Shown here: positions 38,871-39,562 of the stretch, piece after piece | Position numbering within the stretch: the stretch's first letter is position 1 | Layout: every line of letters begins with the position of its first letter | DNA from: Reclinomonas americana ATCC 50394 | Lineage: Eukaryota | NCBI GenBank assembly: GCA_048213135.1 | Contig: AFZH01016638.1 | Span: 1 to 39,562, forward strand | DNA: 39,562 bases | Direction: 5' to 3' | Translations under genes and position numbers: made by a program | Notes under the pieces: model-generated | What the model saw: the letters and a program-made list of their open reading frames with translations, nothing else | The model's database searches: none | What the model was told of the DNA's origin: nothing

Positions 38871-39562
38871 GAAGTGGAACAGACGCGGCTGTGTGGAGTT
38901 GAGAGAGTGTGAAATGTGAGAGTGAGATTCAACGATCAACGCACACTCGCGTCAGTCTGTCAGCATGTGTGTGTCGCTCCCTTGTGTGTGTGCGTGTGTG
39001 TGTGTATGTGTGTGTGATAGAGACGTAACATCAACACGATATGGAGCAGAGGCCGATGATCCTGCGCGAACACCGGGAAGGTCGAGAGCCGGCAACTTTG
39101 GCGAGTGCGTCGCCATTGCTCACTCTCTCAATGAAATCGAATGATATGAAACCGACAGGACGAGATTGATCCTTTCTCTCTCCTTCTCTCCCTCTCCCAC
39201 TCCCTCGTGGCGTGTGTGTCTCTCTCTCTGTGTGCCGCGACTGCCTGCCGTCCAATGCATTGCATGGGCAGAGTTTAGTAGTGAGAATATTAAACGTGTT
39301 CGATTGAGATACCGAGTCCGCTGCCAGCACCGCCTGTCGCCACGCTTGAGCACACTCAACTGGCTGCAGGAGAACGCAAGGCGCGCGCAAGTGGCAAGGC
39401 GCGCGGGCATGAAAATTCCAGGCAAAATCCGTATCGTGTCCAGTAACATTTTGCATTCGCCGTCCCAGGTGAGCACAGACACACTGCAGTGTGTGTGTAC
39501 ATGTGCGTGAGTGTGCACGCCAGCACGCGCACGAGAGAGTGAAAGAGAGGCAGAGGGAGAAG

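Noticed and set aside
39031-39562. ORFs at the right edge as a separate gene
   Set aside because: No recognisable motif; likely upstream exons and introns of the partial coiled-coil gene.

Overview
Gene-dense, GC-rich eukaryotic (protist-like) nuclear DNA with very many short spliceosomal introns, mostly about 60-90 nt. The ORF track is therefore fragmentary and all genes were spliced by hand. Ten protein genes are supported, in order: a partial Pro-rich CDS; a 7TM-RGS protein (-); a giant multi-ASH/Ig-like protein with about 65 introns (+); an IP3-receptor Ca2+ channel (-); a small coiled-coil protein (+); an MPPED-type metallophosphoesterase (+); ERH (-); LAMTOR5 (+); a PLAT + PhoD-like phosphatase with a Cys-rich CaaX tail (-); and a partial coiled-coil protein (-). 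The most striking signal is in the splice donors. A recurring class reads GT-T-xxG(T) (GTTGCGT, GTTGAGT, GTTTCGT), and even GC-T-GCGT, i.e. the normal donor consensus displaced by one nucleotide. Several of these are pinned down by reading frame plus recalled protein alignments. This suggests routine use of shifted or bulged U1/U6 pairing, which is rare in studied genomes. Also notable: the IP3R has an intact IP3-binding set but a divergent selectivity filter (GGVWED), and its gate segment is encoded by a 12-nt microexon. Gene spacing is extremely tight. All family assignments rest on motif recognition from memory, not database searches, and exon boundaries are manual predictions.
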